Source of the DNA: a virus
Lineage: Duplodnaviria > Caudoviricetes
DNA length: 24,519 nt
IMG/VR virus record: IMGVR_UViG_3300033486_000008
Coordinates: 1-24,519 of that record
Strand: one strand, 5' to 3'
In this document: in pieces, positions 13,809 through 23,842 of the stretch
How the letters are laid out: every line of letters starts with the position of its first letter
Position numbering within the stretch: the stretch's first letter is position 1
Program-made: the position numbers and the translations under genes
The notes under the pieces: generated by a model
Databases searched by the model: none
What the model was told of the DNA's origin: nothing
The model's input: the letters and a program-made list of their open reading frames with translations, nothing else

Positions 13809-14831
13809 ATGCCTTGGGTAGCAGCCGTTGGTTCAGTAGCAGCAGCCGCGATGGCGCCAGATCCGTCAGGGACCGCTGGCGGCGTCAGATCAACAGTGCA
13901 ATTGCCAGATCAAGCCGGAGCTGCGCAAGCGTTAAATCTTGCCAATCAGAACTACATGACGCAAGCGGGGCAATTTTACGGGCTTGACCCGCAGTACGCG
14001 AATCAAGCCTTCAATGCTATGTACAACAACCCGTACGCCGGCGGAATGCAGACCGCCGCGGGCCAAGCTGGAACGATGGCCGGACAATTCGCTCCGCAAG
14101 CCGCCGCCATGGGGCAGGGGGCATTCGGGGCTGGTCAACAAGCTCTCGGGGCAGGGCAACAAGTCTGGCAGACTGCGCAAGATCCTCAGAACGCGCTGTT
14201 CAACCAGTTGCAGAATCAGGTTCAGCAGCAGGCCAATGTGACCAACTCGCAGTATGGTTTGGGGTCTTCGCCAGCTGGTGCGGCCGCTGCGAATCAGGCG
14301 TTGGGTCAATTTGACATAAATTGGCAGAACCAACAATTGGCACGGCAACAGCAAGGGCAGCAGGCGCTGAATGCCGGTATCAATGCGTACACTGGCGCTG
14401 CACAGCAGGGGCTCGGGATGGGGCAGGCTGGAATCAGCCTGCAGCAACAGGCCGGAGCGCTGCCGTACGCTACCGCGCAACAGATCGGTCAGGGCCAATT
14501 CGGCGCGATCAACCAGAATCAATTGGCGATGCAGGGCGCGATGCAGCCGTACCAACAGAACATCAACAATCTGAACTCGTACCTCGGATTGGGCCAAGCC
14601 GCCCAAGCGCAAGCCAACCAGCAAGCGTACCAGCAGCAGCAAATGCAGAATCAGCAGATTGCGGGATTGGCGCAACTCGGAACTCAGGCGTACACGTCGT
14701 ACATGGGGCAGCAGCCGCAACAACAGCCGACGTATGATCAGACGACCGGAGCTGGCACAACATCTTTGGGGACGAGTTTCTATAACCCGAGCGCATCGGG
14801 GTATGACACGACTGGATGGTCGGGAGGCTGA
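13809..14831 (+). CDS. DNA ejection (internal virion) protein 1
   Basis: ATG 13809 after GAGGGG; hydrophobic Ala-rich N-terminus and Q/A/G-rich helical body, like P22 gp7-type proteins. Confidence 0.7.
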   Translation: MPWVAAVGSVAAAAMAPDPSGTAGGVRSTVQLPDQAGAAQALNLANQNYMTQAGQFYGLDPQYANQAFNAMYNNPYAGGMQTAAGQAGTMAGQFAPQAAAMGQGAFGAGQQALGAGQQVWQTAQDPQNALFNQLQNQVQQQANVTNSQYGLGSSPAGAAAANQALGQFDINWQNQQLARQQQGQQALNAGINAYTGAAQQGLGMGQAGISLQQQAGALPYATAQQIGQGQFGAINQNQLAMQGAMQPYQQNINNLNSYLGLGQAAQAQANQQAYQQQQMQNQQIAGLAQLGTQAYTSYMGQQPQQQPTYDQTTGAGTTSLGTSFYNPSASGYDTTGWSGG

Positions 14832-14833
14832 TC

Positions 14834-16021
14834 GTGGACTTCGGACACTTTTATGGAAATTTGGGTGCGGCGGCGCCGGGCGCGTTGCAAGGTGTGCAAA
14901 ACGCGCAAGATATGCAAGCGCGTCAGTTCAATATGCAGCAGGCGCGCGACCGCGAGGCTCGGCAGCAGGCGGCGTTTAACGCGCAAAAAGCCGCAGACGC
15001 AGCGTACCGTCAAACGCTGCAGTCTGTATACGGGCAGCAACAGCCAATGCCGCAATCTCCGATGCCCGGTCAAGCCTCTGTGCCGATGGTGCAGCCTGCA
15101 ATCGCTCCGTACCAAGCGATGCCGACTACCCCTGTTCCGCAGGGCGTGCCGCCCGCGGCGAATTTGACTCAATCTGCGGTTCAGGGGGTTCAACTGCCCC
15201 AAAAACCGACCGTGGCGAAACAACTCGACATGCAGGCCGTAATGTCGAATGCGCCGAAAGATCCTGAAGCGTTCGACATATACATGGCGAAAATGGCGCC
15301 ATTGCTCAAACCGAAAAACGAATGGTCCGAGCCGACTGAGATGAACGGAACGATAGTTCAGAAGAACGCGACAACGGGCGAAGTCCGCCAAGTGTTCAAA
15401 CCTGTGGCTGAGAAAGGCGAATGGTCTGAGCCATTCCAACTTAACGGCGCGACGGTCCAGAGGAATGAAAAAACCAAGGAAGTTCGTAAAATAACAGCGC
15501 CGCCTGGCGGTGCGGGGGGTGGCGCTGGTAATTTGGGGCACTTGAATGCCTTCATGGCGCGCGAAACGAAAGACCTCGCCCCAATTACGGACGGGCAGAT
15601 GAAGTCAGCCAAGATTATCGCCCTTCTCGATAGCGGCAATGCCGTCGCAACGCCGCAAGTTCAGCAGGCGTTGTCTGACTTGTACAGCCACTTGCGCGCA
15701 ACTACGCAGATCTACGCGGATAACAAGAGCTTCGGCAATGTCGAGCAGCGTTTGGCGAATTCGATCAATCGGTTCCTGTCCGGTAAATACTCATCTGACG
15801 ATAAGAAGATGATCCGAGATTTGGTAACGGAGATGAACGATAAGGTGTTCGCACCGGCAAGAGGTAATGTCGTAAAGAATTACAAGAAACAGGCCAAAGC
15901 GTTCGGGTATGACCCAGATGTGGCTGAAATCCAAAATCCGTATGAGGCTGCCTCACCTGCCGCCAAGCCGACGCCTCAAACGTCTTCCGCGCCGCCGGCC
16001 GGTTTCACGGTATTGGAGTAA
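14834..16021 (+). CDS. DNA ejection (internal virion) protein 2
   Basis: GGGAGG RBS then GTG 14834; Q/P-rich; internal 33-aa repeat; C-terminal PPAGFTVLE. Confidence 0.65.
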   Translation: MDFGHFYGNLGAAAPGALQGVQNAQDMQARQFNMQQARDREARQQAAFNAQKAADAAYRQTLQSVYGQQQPMPQSPMPGQASVPMVQPAIAPYQAMPTTPVPQGVPPAANLTQSAVQGVQLPQKPTVAKQLDMQAVMSNAPKDPEAFDIYMAKMAPLLKPKNEWSEPTEMNGTIVQKNATTGEVRQVFKPVAEKGEWSEPFQLNGATVQRNEKTKEVRKITAPPGGAGGGAGNLGHLNAFMARETKDLAPITDGQMKSAKIIALLDSGNAVATPQVQQALSDLYSHLRATTQIYADNKSFGNVEQRLANSINRFLSGKYSSDDKKMIRDLVTEMNDKVFAPARGNVVKNYKKQAKAFGYDPDVAEIQNPYEAASPAAKPTPQTSSAPPAGFTVLE

Positions 16022-16023
16022 GC

Positions 16024-18789
16024 ATGGCTGAATGGACTCCGGTAGAAAAAGTGGCAAAAAATGCCGAGGGCAAATACGTAGCCCTCGTTGGCGGGTCATG
16101 GGTTCCAGTTGAGCGCGCGGCAAAAAACGCCGAAGGAAAGTATATGGCGCTCGGGGTTCCGACTACGCCTTCGCCCACAGCGCCCGTTCAGGATGAATCG
16201 CCACTGGGGTACATCGCGAATAAGTTCAAACAGGGCGTAGCATCGTTGCCTGCGCTCGGGCCGCTGGCAGCGGACGTTGTGAATATGCCGATTCGCCCAT
16301 TCACTAGGGCGATGGGGGCTGGAAATCTCGGGGGTGGCGCGGATACTCGGTTCGTACAGTTTCCGGCGACCGAACAATACAATCGCGCCATGTCTGGGGC
16401 TGGGGTATATGACCCGAATATGCCGATACCTCGAGATGAGACTGGCAAGCCAAAATTTACCGCTGAATTAGCGGGTAATATCGCTGAAATGGCAGGCATG
16501 AATGTCATACCGGGGACTGGCGCAGTTGTGCGTAGCGCGCGGCCGGGGGTTGCGTTGGCAAAAGAACTAGCCGGCACAGCGCTATCCGGCGAAGGTATGA
16601 CGATGGGCGGCCAACTCGCCGGATTGGATGTGTTTGGCAAGCCGTCTGCAGAAAAGAAAGCCGCGGGAGAAGCGCTCGGCAGTATGACCGGGCCGATGCT
16701 CGTACAGAAGGCTATCGACGCAGCGGCAAAAGGCGGAAACTGGCTGAACAAAGTAGGTGTGCCAATCGGTCTGACTAAAGCGTCGCGAGACGAGCAAATC
16801 GCCCGGATGGCGGCAGAGCAGCAGGAGCAAGCCAAAAAGGTCGCTGCGGGGCGACTACAACCGCAACTCGAAACTCCCGCCGCACAACAGGCGATTGCGC
16901 AATCTCAAGATATTTCTCGTAGGGTGCCGGGATTCGGCGAGAACCTGACGCTCGGCCGTGTGACGGGTTCGCCTGCAATCAAGTCGATGGAGCAGCATTT
17001 CGCGTCCACAGACCCCGCAATGCTTGAGTTGGCAAGTCAGCGTGAGCGCGGGCTTAACGAGGCGATTCGTCGGTATTCGGAGCAACGGTTCCCAGCGCCA
17101 GAATGGAGCGCTCAAGATGAGGTCAAATATATCTATTCGAACCGACTGCGCAGTTTTGACGATGGCCTGAAACGACTCGACCGGCAAGAGCGCAAACTGG
17201 CAGCGTCTTTGCCGCGCCAGGACATCGAAGACATCGGAAAGCAACAACGCCAGCTTGTCGGGGAGCGCATGAACATCGCCCGCCAAAAGAAAGACACGTT
17301 GTACAAAGAGGTCGCAGATACCGCAGAACGTCTCGGGGTGAAAGTCAACATGGGCGACGTGGTAGATTTAGCCAAATCGCACGCGGGCGGCGACCTCAGA
17401 AAATTTCAAGACGACCCCGGTGTGATAGGTAAGATTCTTCGAGAATATGCGCCGGCGGCAAAAGCTCGGGTAGCGAAAACTACGCCAGGCGGGGGTCAAA
17501 TCTTCACGATTGGCGCCGCGCCTGCCGTCAAGCCGCCAATCGCCAAATATGGGGAATTCGAATCGCTATATCGTGAAGCGAACCGTGAGGCTATGACGCT
17601 CGGGGTCGCTGCATCTGGCGGAGATTTACAAGCAGCGCAGAAATTGCCTGCGGTGAACTCGATTCGCGAGTTGCTACGCTCGAAGATTGAAGAAATGGCG
17701 AAGCCGGAGTACGGCGAAGTCGGGAAAAAGTTGCAGACTGCCAATGCGTACTACCGAGATCAGTACGCCAATCTGTTCAAACGCGGCGTTGGCGCAGAAA
17801 TTTTGAAGACGGGAAAGTTCGGGCCGGCGACAGAGAACGCAAAACTGACCGAGTCGCTGATATTCAAGCGCGGTGATCCATCTGGCGTCACCGAATTCTT
17901 GAACGCAGCTGGCGGCGATCCCCGAGGCATGAGACTGCTGGAAAACGGCGTATTTGATATGCTGTCGAAAAAGGTAGTGCGCGATGGGAAAGTGTCGAAA
18001 ACGGCGCTGGAAGGTTTCCTGCGTGACTACAAAGAACCTCTGGCTGAAGTTCCTGGCATCCGTAAGAAAATTGAGTCTGTCGAGAACGCAACTCGTTCTT
18101 TGCAGGAAAACACCGCGCGGGCGACGGCGGGGCAATCACAATTGGCAAAAAGTACGCTCGCAGCGGTTGCACGAGAAGAGAATCCTGCCAAAATCATCGC
18201 AAACGCCATCAGGTCGCCGAAATATCTTGATACGCTCATGGCTAACGTCGGCGCTGAGTCTAGGAAAGACGTGGCGCGCGGGGTGATGGAACACGCGCTA
18301 GGTGTGCCCAATGCCGCGGAGTTCATGAAAACGAACGAGGTCGCTTTGAAGAAGATGCTCGGGGCGAAGCAATACGCCAATTTGAAGACTATCGCCCAAG
18401 CCCGAGAGGTTGCCGAGCGCGTGAAGCCGCCAGGCTACGTTCAATACCAGAAAGAGGGCGACGTACTCGGACAATTCGGAACAAGTGTCCCGCAGGCGGT
18501 GTCCGACATAAAAGGTATCTTGCAGAAACGAGCGGGGTCGTCTTACATAGGCACTTTGATGGGTACTCGGTGGTGGAACAAATTGCGCAACGATGAAGTT
18601 GATCGGCTGATGAAAAGCGCAGTCTATGACCCCGAGTTGGCTAAAGCAATCGCGGAGTATTCCAGTAGCGGAAGCAAAGCGGCAGCACATGCACTGGACG
18701 ACCATTTGATAGCGCACGGAATTCGCTCAGTTGCGGTAACATTGGCAGGAAAAGGGCAACGAGAAGATCAACAGGGAGCTGAACAATGA
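16024..18789 (+). CDS. large DNA ejection (internal virion) protein 3
   Basis: 921 aa, helical, Ala/Lys-rich; third of three size-graded genes, as in podoviral ejectosomes. Confidence 0.7.
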   Translation: MAEWTPVEKVAKNAEGKYVALVGGSWVPVERAAKNAEGKYMALGVPTTPSPTAPVQDESPLGYIANKFKQGVASLPALGPLAADVVNMPIRPFTRAMGAGNLGGGADTRFVQFPATEQYNRAMSGAGVYDPNMPIPRDETGKPKFTAELAGNIAEMAGMNVIPGTGAVVRSARPGVALAKELAGTALSGEGMTMGGQLAGLDVFGKPSAEKKAAGEALGSMTGPMLVQKAIDAAAKGGNWLNKVGVPIGLTKASRDEQIARMAAEQQEQAKKVAAGRLQPQLETPAAQQAIAQSQDISRRVPGFGENLTLGRVTGSPAIKSMEQHFASTDPAMLELASQRERGLNEAIRRYSEQRFPAPEWSAQDEVKYIYSNRLRSFDDGLKRLDRQERKLAASLPRQDIEDIGKQQRQLVGERMNIARQKKDTLYKEVADTAERLGVKVNMGDVVDLAKSHAGGDLRKFQDDPGVIGKILREYAPAAKARVAKTTPGGGQIFTIGAAPAVKPPIAKYGEFESLYREANREAMTLGVAASGGDLQAAQKLPAVNSIRELLRSKIEEMAKPEYGEVGKKLQTANAYYRDQYANLFKRGVGAEILKTGKFGPATENAKLTESLIFKRGDPSGVTEFLNAAGGDPRGMRLLENGVFDMLSKKVVRDGKVSKTALEGFLRDYKEPLAEVPGIRKKIESVENATRSLQENTARATAGQSQLAKSTLAAVAREENPAKIIANAIRSPKYLDTLMANVGAESRKDVARGVMEHALGVPNAAEFMKTNEVALKKMLGAKQYANLKTIAQAREVAERVKPPGYVQYQKEGDVLGQFGTSVPQAVSDIKGILQKRAGSSYIGTLMGTRWWNKLRNDEVDRLMKSAVYDPELAKAIAEYSSSGSKAAAHALDDHLIAHGIRSVAVTLAGKGQREDQQGAEQ

Positions 18790-20132
18790 GCCGCGTACTA
18801 TTTATCGACACTGCCTCAAATTGCCTTGACCTAGCCATGCGTTGTCAACGGCATGGGCATGACGTGGTATGGTTTGAATCACTTCGCGCAGATGGCACAA
18901 AGCGTCGTGCGGGTGACGGCATTGTGAAAAAGATCAGCGACTATGGCGAACTTCGCCGCAAATGGCTCGATTGGGCCGACTTGATCTATTTGACCGATAA
19001 CGCAAAGTACATGGAATTGCTCGAATCGTACCGTTTGAAAGGCTACCCAATTTTTGGCGGCGGTATTCATGCTGCGGAATTGGAAATTGAGCGCATGGCT
19101 GGGCAGGATGCGATGAAAAAAGCCGGAATGAATATCATCCCTGGCAAAGAGTTCAAAGACTACAAATCGGCTGCTGCGTTCGTCGAAAAGACTGGTAAAG
19201 CCTACGTCAGTAAGCCGTGCTGGGATGCCGCGAAGGATTTAACGTATGTGGCGAAAGATCCCGACGATCTGATCTTCATGCTTGAGTCGTGGAGCAAAAA
19301 TCAACAATACCGCGCGCAAGCTCGCAAACACGGGTTTATTCTCCAAGAAAAAGTAACTGGCACGGAGTTTGCTGTCGGCGGCTTCTTCGGCCCGCACGGA
19401 TGGAATAAGCAATTTTTGGAGAACTTCGAGTACAAAAAACTGGCAAACGACGATCTCGGGCCCGCGACCGGAGAGATGGGAAACGCGGCCAAAGCGGTTA
19501 CAAAAAGCAAACTAGCCGAAGAGGCGTTGTTGCCGATGACTGCGCAATTGCATGAAATGGGCTATGTGGGATATGTGGATAACAATTGCATCGTAGACGA
19601 CTCCGGCAAAGTTTGGCCGTTGGAATTCACGATTGGTCGTGATGGATGCCCAATACGATTCAACCGCGACGCACTTGTCATCGGCGACCCGATCCAATGG
19701 ATGATCGATCTGATAAACGGTCAGGACACGCTTAAAATGCGACCCGAAGTGTGCGTGTCGGTTGTTGTTGCACTTCCCCCGTTCCCTTACCAGCATAAAA
19801 TAGGGAAAGATCTTGACGGGACGCCAGTTTGGAACGCTTTTGATATTGAACACGTGCACCCTGTCGAGATGCGCGTCGAGCAGGACATACCGACGTGGGA
19901 CGGTAGCAAGATACAACGACTGCCCGGTTACGTGGCGACTGACGACTACGTATGCGTTGTGACCGGCCTCGGCGCTACAATCACGGGGGCGCGGCGCTCT
20001 GCGTATAATGCCGTGAAGAAAGTGAAAATATCGAGATCTCCGTTTTACCGGACGGACATCGGAGCAGGTCGATTGGTAGAGCAACTGCCAGTGTTGCAGA
20101 AAAACGGGTTTGCTAAAACTTGGGTACGATGA
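18786..20132 (+). CDS. PurD (GAR synthetase)-like ATP-grasp ligase
   Basis: AAELEIER...MKKAGM, YVSKP, FILQEKVTGTEF, EYKKLANDDLGPATGEMG (compare PurD DHKR..DGDTGPNTGGMG), LEFT and FYRTDIG. Confidence 0.8.
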   Translation: MSRVLFIDTASNCLDLAMRCQRHGHDVVWFESLRADGTKRRAGDGIVKKISDYGELRRKWLDWADLIYLTDNAKYMELLESYRLKGYPIFGGGIHAAELEIERMAGQDAMKKAGMNIIPGKEFKDYKSAAAFVEKTGKAYVSKPCWDAAKDLTYVAKDPDDLIFMLESWSKNQQYRAQARKHGFILQEKVTGTEFAVGGFFGPHGWNKQFLENFEYKKLANDDLGPATGEMGNAAKAVTKSKLAEEALLPMTAQLHEMGYVGYVDNNCIVDDSGKVWPLEFTIGRDGCPIRFNRDALVIGDPIQWMIDLINGQDTLKMRPEVCVSVVVALPPFPYQHKIGKDLDGTPVWNAFDIEHVHPVEMRVEQDIPTWDGSKIQRLPGYVATDDYVCVVTGLGATITGARRSAYNAVKKVKISRSPFYRTDIGAGRLVEQLPVLQKNGFAKTWVR

Positions 20133-20133
20133 G

Positions 20134-21846
20134 ATGGGCATCCGCGCCGCACAGCCATTACAGTTCAGCCCGCGTGGGCTGACCGACGCATTCGACGAGG
20201 TCGATTCGTTCCCAGGTGCGTGCCGCGCGCTATCGAATTTGATTTTCGATTCGGCTAATCCTGACCAAGTCATAGCTCGGCCAGGTGTTGGTCTGCCGAT
20301 AACGTCCTTCGCCACGTTCAATGCCCCCGGTTTCATCTCTATCCAAGAAACGGTCGGGGATATTACGTTTGGGATGATCGCAAGTAGCCGGAATCCCGGA
20401 TTTGAGGAGCCGTTCGCGTTCAATAACGTGAGTGGAACGTTCATTACCATATCCGGCGTCACTGCCGGGAACGTACCGGCCAATGCCCCGTCTACCGGCG
20501 CGTGGACCCCGCCGACGATGACCTCCATTGCGAAGAAAATAATAATTACACATCCGGGGTTCTCGGGGGCGGGGGCTAATTTCTTCGGGGTGCTGGACGT
20601 CACCAATTTGAATGCCCCTACCTGGACTTCTGCAAATACGACGACAAATGCGTTGCCGTCAGTTCCGACTTCGGTGGCGAACTTCAACAATCGGGCGTAT
20701 TACGTCTGCGGAAATCAGATGTACGGCAGCGATTCGCTGTCTCCACTGGTCATCACGAACCTGAATTCAACCGTGACGGTCGGGGATTACACCGCGATAA
20801 CCGCCCAAAGCGGCCTGCCGATGCAAACGGTCAGTTCTGGCGTCACTGCGACGCTCGTAGTGTTCAAGGCAAACTCCGTGTGGATATTGACTGGCGATAC
20901 GGTTTCAAGCAATCTTACGCTCAGTTTCGTGTCGCTGAACGTTGGTTGCCCGCATCCCCGTAGCGTTGCCCAAACGCCGATTGGAACGATTTTTATCAGC
21001 CAGGACGCGCCGTACAATTTATTGCCGAGCGGCATATTGATCGAACTGAAGAATCCAAGCAATCTAGCGTCCGATGTCAGAATTCCGTTTCAGAACTCAC
21101 CGATGCCGTCGCGGACGGCCGCCGCTTTCGCGGGTAGCATATACCGCGTATGCGTAAACACGGTGATCGACGGAATTGTCCAGACCAACGACTATTGGTT
21201 CGACCTTCGCCGCTTGCGGTGGACCGGTCCGCACACGTTCCAGTATGATTGTGCGAGTCAATACAACGGACTGTTCATCCTATCCGGCGTCGGTACTGGC
21301 GCGGCACTGTTCAATTCGATCTTCGGCAATACGACGCAAAATACCGTCTACAACGACAATGGCGTTGCCATCGGAGTCACCGTGACGACGACGAATTTGC
21401 ATGATAGCGACACGATGGAGTTCAAACAGGTAGTCGAGTCAACTATTGATGTTACATCGAGCGGGCAGTCGGTATCATTCTCAATAACCGCAAATGACGA
21501 TCTAGGCGCGGTTCTAGCCTCGGCGTCTGTCGCAACCCCGTCGGCGAGTGCGGTATGGGGCGCCTTTAATTGGGGGGATGGGACAGCGTATTCGACGGCA
21601 AATACCCACCCTCGCAGGTATGACGTTGCATGGAACGTCCCGATCGTGTGGGATCGGATGAGTTTGACTATCACGACTGGGAGCGCCAACGGTGTCGCCA
21701 TCGGAAAATTTAAAGCAAAATACCAGCGTTGCGGGTATACTTTGCGCGCGCCACTGTTGCCTGGCGTCATCCCAACTCCGGCGTCGCCGCAGGCAGGAAA
21801 ACAGTTGGACGTGAATTTCGTATTGGACCAATCGCCATTATCGTGA
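20134..21846 (+). CDS. tail nozzle / tail tubular protein B-like (P22 gp10-like)
   Basis: About 570 aa, beta-rich; propeller-type motifs (LVVFKANSVWILTG, NVGCPHPRSVAQTPIGTIFIS, YWFDLRRLRWTGPH). Confidence 0.72.
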   Translation: MGIRAAQPLQFSPRGLTDAFDEVDSFPGACRALSNLIFDSANPDQVIARPGVGLPITSFATFNAPGFISIQETVGDITFGMIASSRNPGFEEPFAFNNVSGTFITISGVTAGNVPANAPSTGAWTPPTMTSIAKKIIITHPGFSGAGANFFGVLDVTNLNAPTWTSANTTTNALPSVPTSVANFNNRAYYVCGNQMYGSDSLSPLVITNLNSTVTVGDYTAITAQSGLPMQTVSSGVTATLVVFKANSVWILTGDTVSSNLTLSFVSLNVGCPHPRSVAQTPIGTIFISQDAPYNLLPSGILIELKNPSNLASDVRIPFQNSPMPSRTAAAFAGSIYRVCVNTVIDGIVQTNDYWFDLRRLRWTGPHTFQYDCASQYNGLFILSGVGTGAALFNSIFGNTTQNTVYNDNGVAIGVTVTTTNLHDSDTMEFKQVVESTIDVTSSGQSVSFSITANDDLGAVLASASVATPSASAVWGAFNWGDGTAYSTANTHPRRYDVAWNVPIVWDRMSLTITTGSANGVAIGKFKAKYQRCGYTLRAPLLPGVIPTPASPQAGKQLDVNFVLDQSPLS

Positions 21847-21854
21847 GGCAAGAG

Positions 21855-23381
21855 ATGAAGAATACTACAAAACGATTCGTAGCTGCGCTTACGGGGCTAT
21901 TGTTCTCGGTTCACGTAGTCGCAGCGGGATTTCCGTTCCAGCCCGGCCAGATTCTCAATGCGAACGACCTCAATACGGCGCTGCAGACTGCCGCGATAAC
22001 AAGCGGGAGCGTCGGCAACGTCAGTATCGTAAACAGCACCATATCGAATTCCACGGGATCGTTCAACACGCTTACGTCGCCATCCGTCAATTTGACCGGC
22101 GGGCTGATAAATAGCACGTCTATCGGGGTAACGGGGCAATCCACTGGGGAATTCACAAGCCTGTCGGCGTCCTCATCTGTGTCTGGTGCCGGCATAACCG
22201 CGCTGTTTGCATCGCCACCGGCAATCGGCAGTACTACTGCGGGTACGGGGGCGTTCACAACGCTTACCGCGTCAACTTCGGTATCTGGCGTTGGGGTAAC
22301 TTCTCTTTTCGCATCACCGCCGGTCATAGGCGGCACGTCCGCAAATGCCGCGACATTCACGACATTAAATTCAGCCTCGCTCGGAGTAACTGGAACGGCC
22401 ACGGCATCTGCAGTTACTGCAACAAACGCTGTATCTGCAGTAACCGGAGTGTTCACTAATGTCAATACTTCCGGAACAGAGACTGCGCCATTTGTGAACG
22501 TAACAAATAACCTCACGGCATCAGGCGTGACGGTTACGAACGTTCTTACCTCGAATGTTGCTACAGGCACGGCACCATTCGTTGTGTCGTCCACCACTCC
22601 TGTTGCGAACTTGAGTATTGGCGGGAACGCCGCAACAGCTACGACTGCTGCAGGCTTTACAGGCACGGCGGCTTGTAAAATTGCGGCAGTCAGTGCATCA
22701 GTTGCAGCCAATGCGATGACGGTAGGCGTATCAGCGCAGTATTTGGATTTTCGTAGCGCGAACGCCGGCAGCGGTGTAGTCAGCACGATAAACGCTGCTC
22801 CGGCGAACATCGTCATTCCGTCGGGCGCGACACTCGGGACCATAAGTGCAGTAGCTTCCACGATTGTTGTGGCAGAAATGAACAACGGGGGAACTGCTGA
22901 GTTGGCAGTCGCGAATATCTCCGGCGGCCTTCAGATGGACGAAACGAATCTGATCAGCACTACCGCAATAAGTTCCGTATCTTCCGCATCGAATATCTGG
23001 TACTCAACGACTGCGCGTACTTCTCTGCCATATCGTATTGTTGGACGGATTGATTCTACCCAAACTGTGGCTGGTACTTGGGCGACTGCGCCGAGTCTGA
23101 TACAAGGGGCTGGCGGCAATGCCATAACTGCGATGAGCAGTTTGGGGTATGGGCAAACGTGGCAGTCTTTTACTTCTGGCACGCGGGTATCGGGAACAAC
23201 GTATTACGATACAACAGGGAAGCCGATTTTTCTCTATATTAACGCCGCCTCAATAAATCTGGTGGTTGGCGGCACAACTGTTTTTAATGCGTCCGGCGTC
23301 CCCGTGAGCGCGGTTATCCCGCCAGGGATGGCGTATTCAGCCACGTATGGGTCGGGGTTGACATGGTCCGAGCTTCGTTGA
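21855..23381 (+). CDS. tail fibre protein with N-terminal signal peptide
   Basis: ATG 21855. FQPGQILNANDLN anchor motif, S/T/G-rich shaft repeats (IGxTxxxxGxFTTL), C-terminal LGYGQTWQ...GTTYYDTTGKPI...IPPG...WSELR fibre-tip domain. Confidence 0.8.
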   Translation: MKNTTKRFVAALTGLLFSVHVVAAGFPFQPGQILNANDLNTALQTAAITSGSVGNVSIVNSTISNSTGSFNTLTSPSVNLTGGLINSTSIGVTGQSTGEFTSLSASSSVSGAGITALFASPPAIGSTTAGTGAFTTLTASTSVSGVGVTSLFASPPVIGGTSANAATFTTLNSASLGVTGTATASAVTATNAVSAVTGVFTNVNTSGTETAPFVNVTNNLTASGVTVTNVLTSNVATGTAPFVVSSTTPVANLSIGGNAATATTAAGFTGTAACKIAAVSASVAANAMTVGVSAQYLDFRSANAGSGVVSTINAAPANIVIPSGATLGTISAVASTIVVAEMNNGGTAELAVANISGGLQMDETNLISTTAISSVSSASNIWYSTTARTSLPYRIVGRIDSTQTVAGTWATAPSLIQGAGGNAITAMSSLGYGQTWQSFTSGTRVSGTTYYDTTGKPIFLYINAASINLVVGGTTVFNASGVPVSAVIPPGMAYSATYGSGLTWSELR

Positions 23382-23395
23382 TGAGGGGTGAGACA

Positions 23396-23842
23396 ATGAT
23401 ACGCGCACTTATTATAGTACTCTGCTTACTGGTCACGCCAGCGTTCGGCGACCAATACTATCAATCGCCGAATGGGGCATTGCACTTCTTGTCTACCGAT
23501 GACATACGGAATGGCGGCGAACGCTTATTGCCTGTTGGAGCGCTGCCGATTACTGCAGCGCAAGCAGCAGTCGCCCAACAACAGCAAGCTGCGCAACAAG
23601 CCTTACTGCCGAACGCCCTCGGTTTCCAACAAGCAGTAAAGACTGCCCTTGGCGGAATTGTCGGCGCAAACACCCTGATGGTTGCGTACCCCGCATTTCT
23701 TCCGGCGCTGCAGCAAGGTCAATGGGCGGACCTGCAAGCACTCATCATTGACGCAAATACACGTGCGATTTTGACCCCGGCGCAGTATTCTGCGATTAAA
23801 ACGGCTGCAGCCGCCAACAATATCCCGGTGACACTACCATGA
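23396..23842 (+). CDS. putative tail fibre assembly/chaperone-like protein with signal peptide
   Basis: GAGGGGTGAG before ATG 23396; directly follows the fibre gene; mature part begins YYQSPNGALHFLS. Confidence 0.6.
   Translation: MIRALIIVLCLLVTPAFGDQYYQSPNGALHFLSTDDIRNGGERLLPVGALPITAAQAAVAQQQQAAQQALLPNALGFQQAVKTALGGIVGANTLMVAYPAFLPALQQGQWADLQALIIDANTRAILTPAQYSAIKTAAAANNIPVTLP

Noticed and set aside
16024-18789. Lytic transglycosylase or virion RNA polymerase domain in the large ejection protein
   Set aside because: No recognisable catalytic motifs seen, and far too short for an N4-type virion RNA polymerase
18786-20132. Calling this gene purD (auxiliary purine metabolism)
   Set aside because: It lacks the PurD N-terminal GGREHA loop and its context is structural, so no symbol was assigned
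21729-21854. Upstream extensions given by the ORF track (21729, also 3253, 9345, 13767, 20110, 23363)
   Set aside because: Most overlap upstream genes and they lack RBSs; the downstream starts have SD sequences or stop-start coupling, and in several cases expose signal peptides
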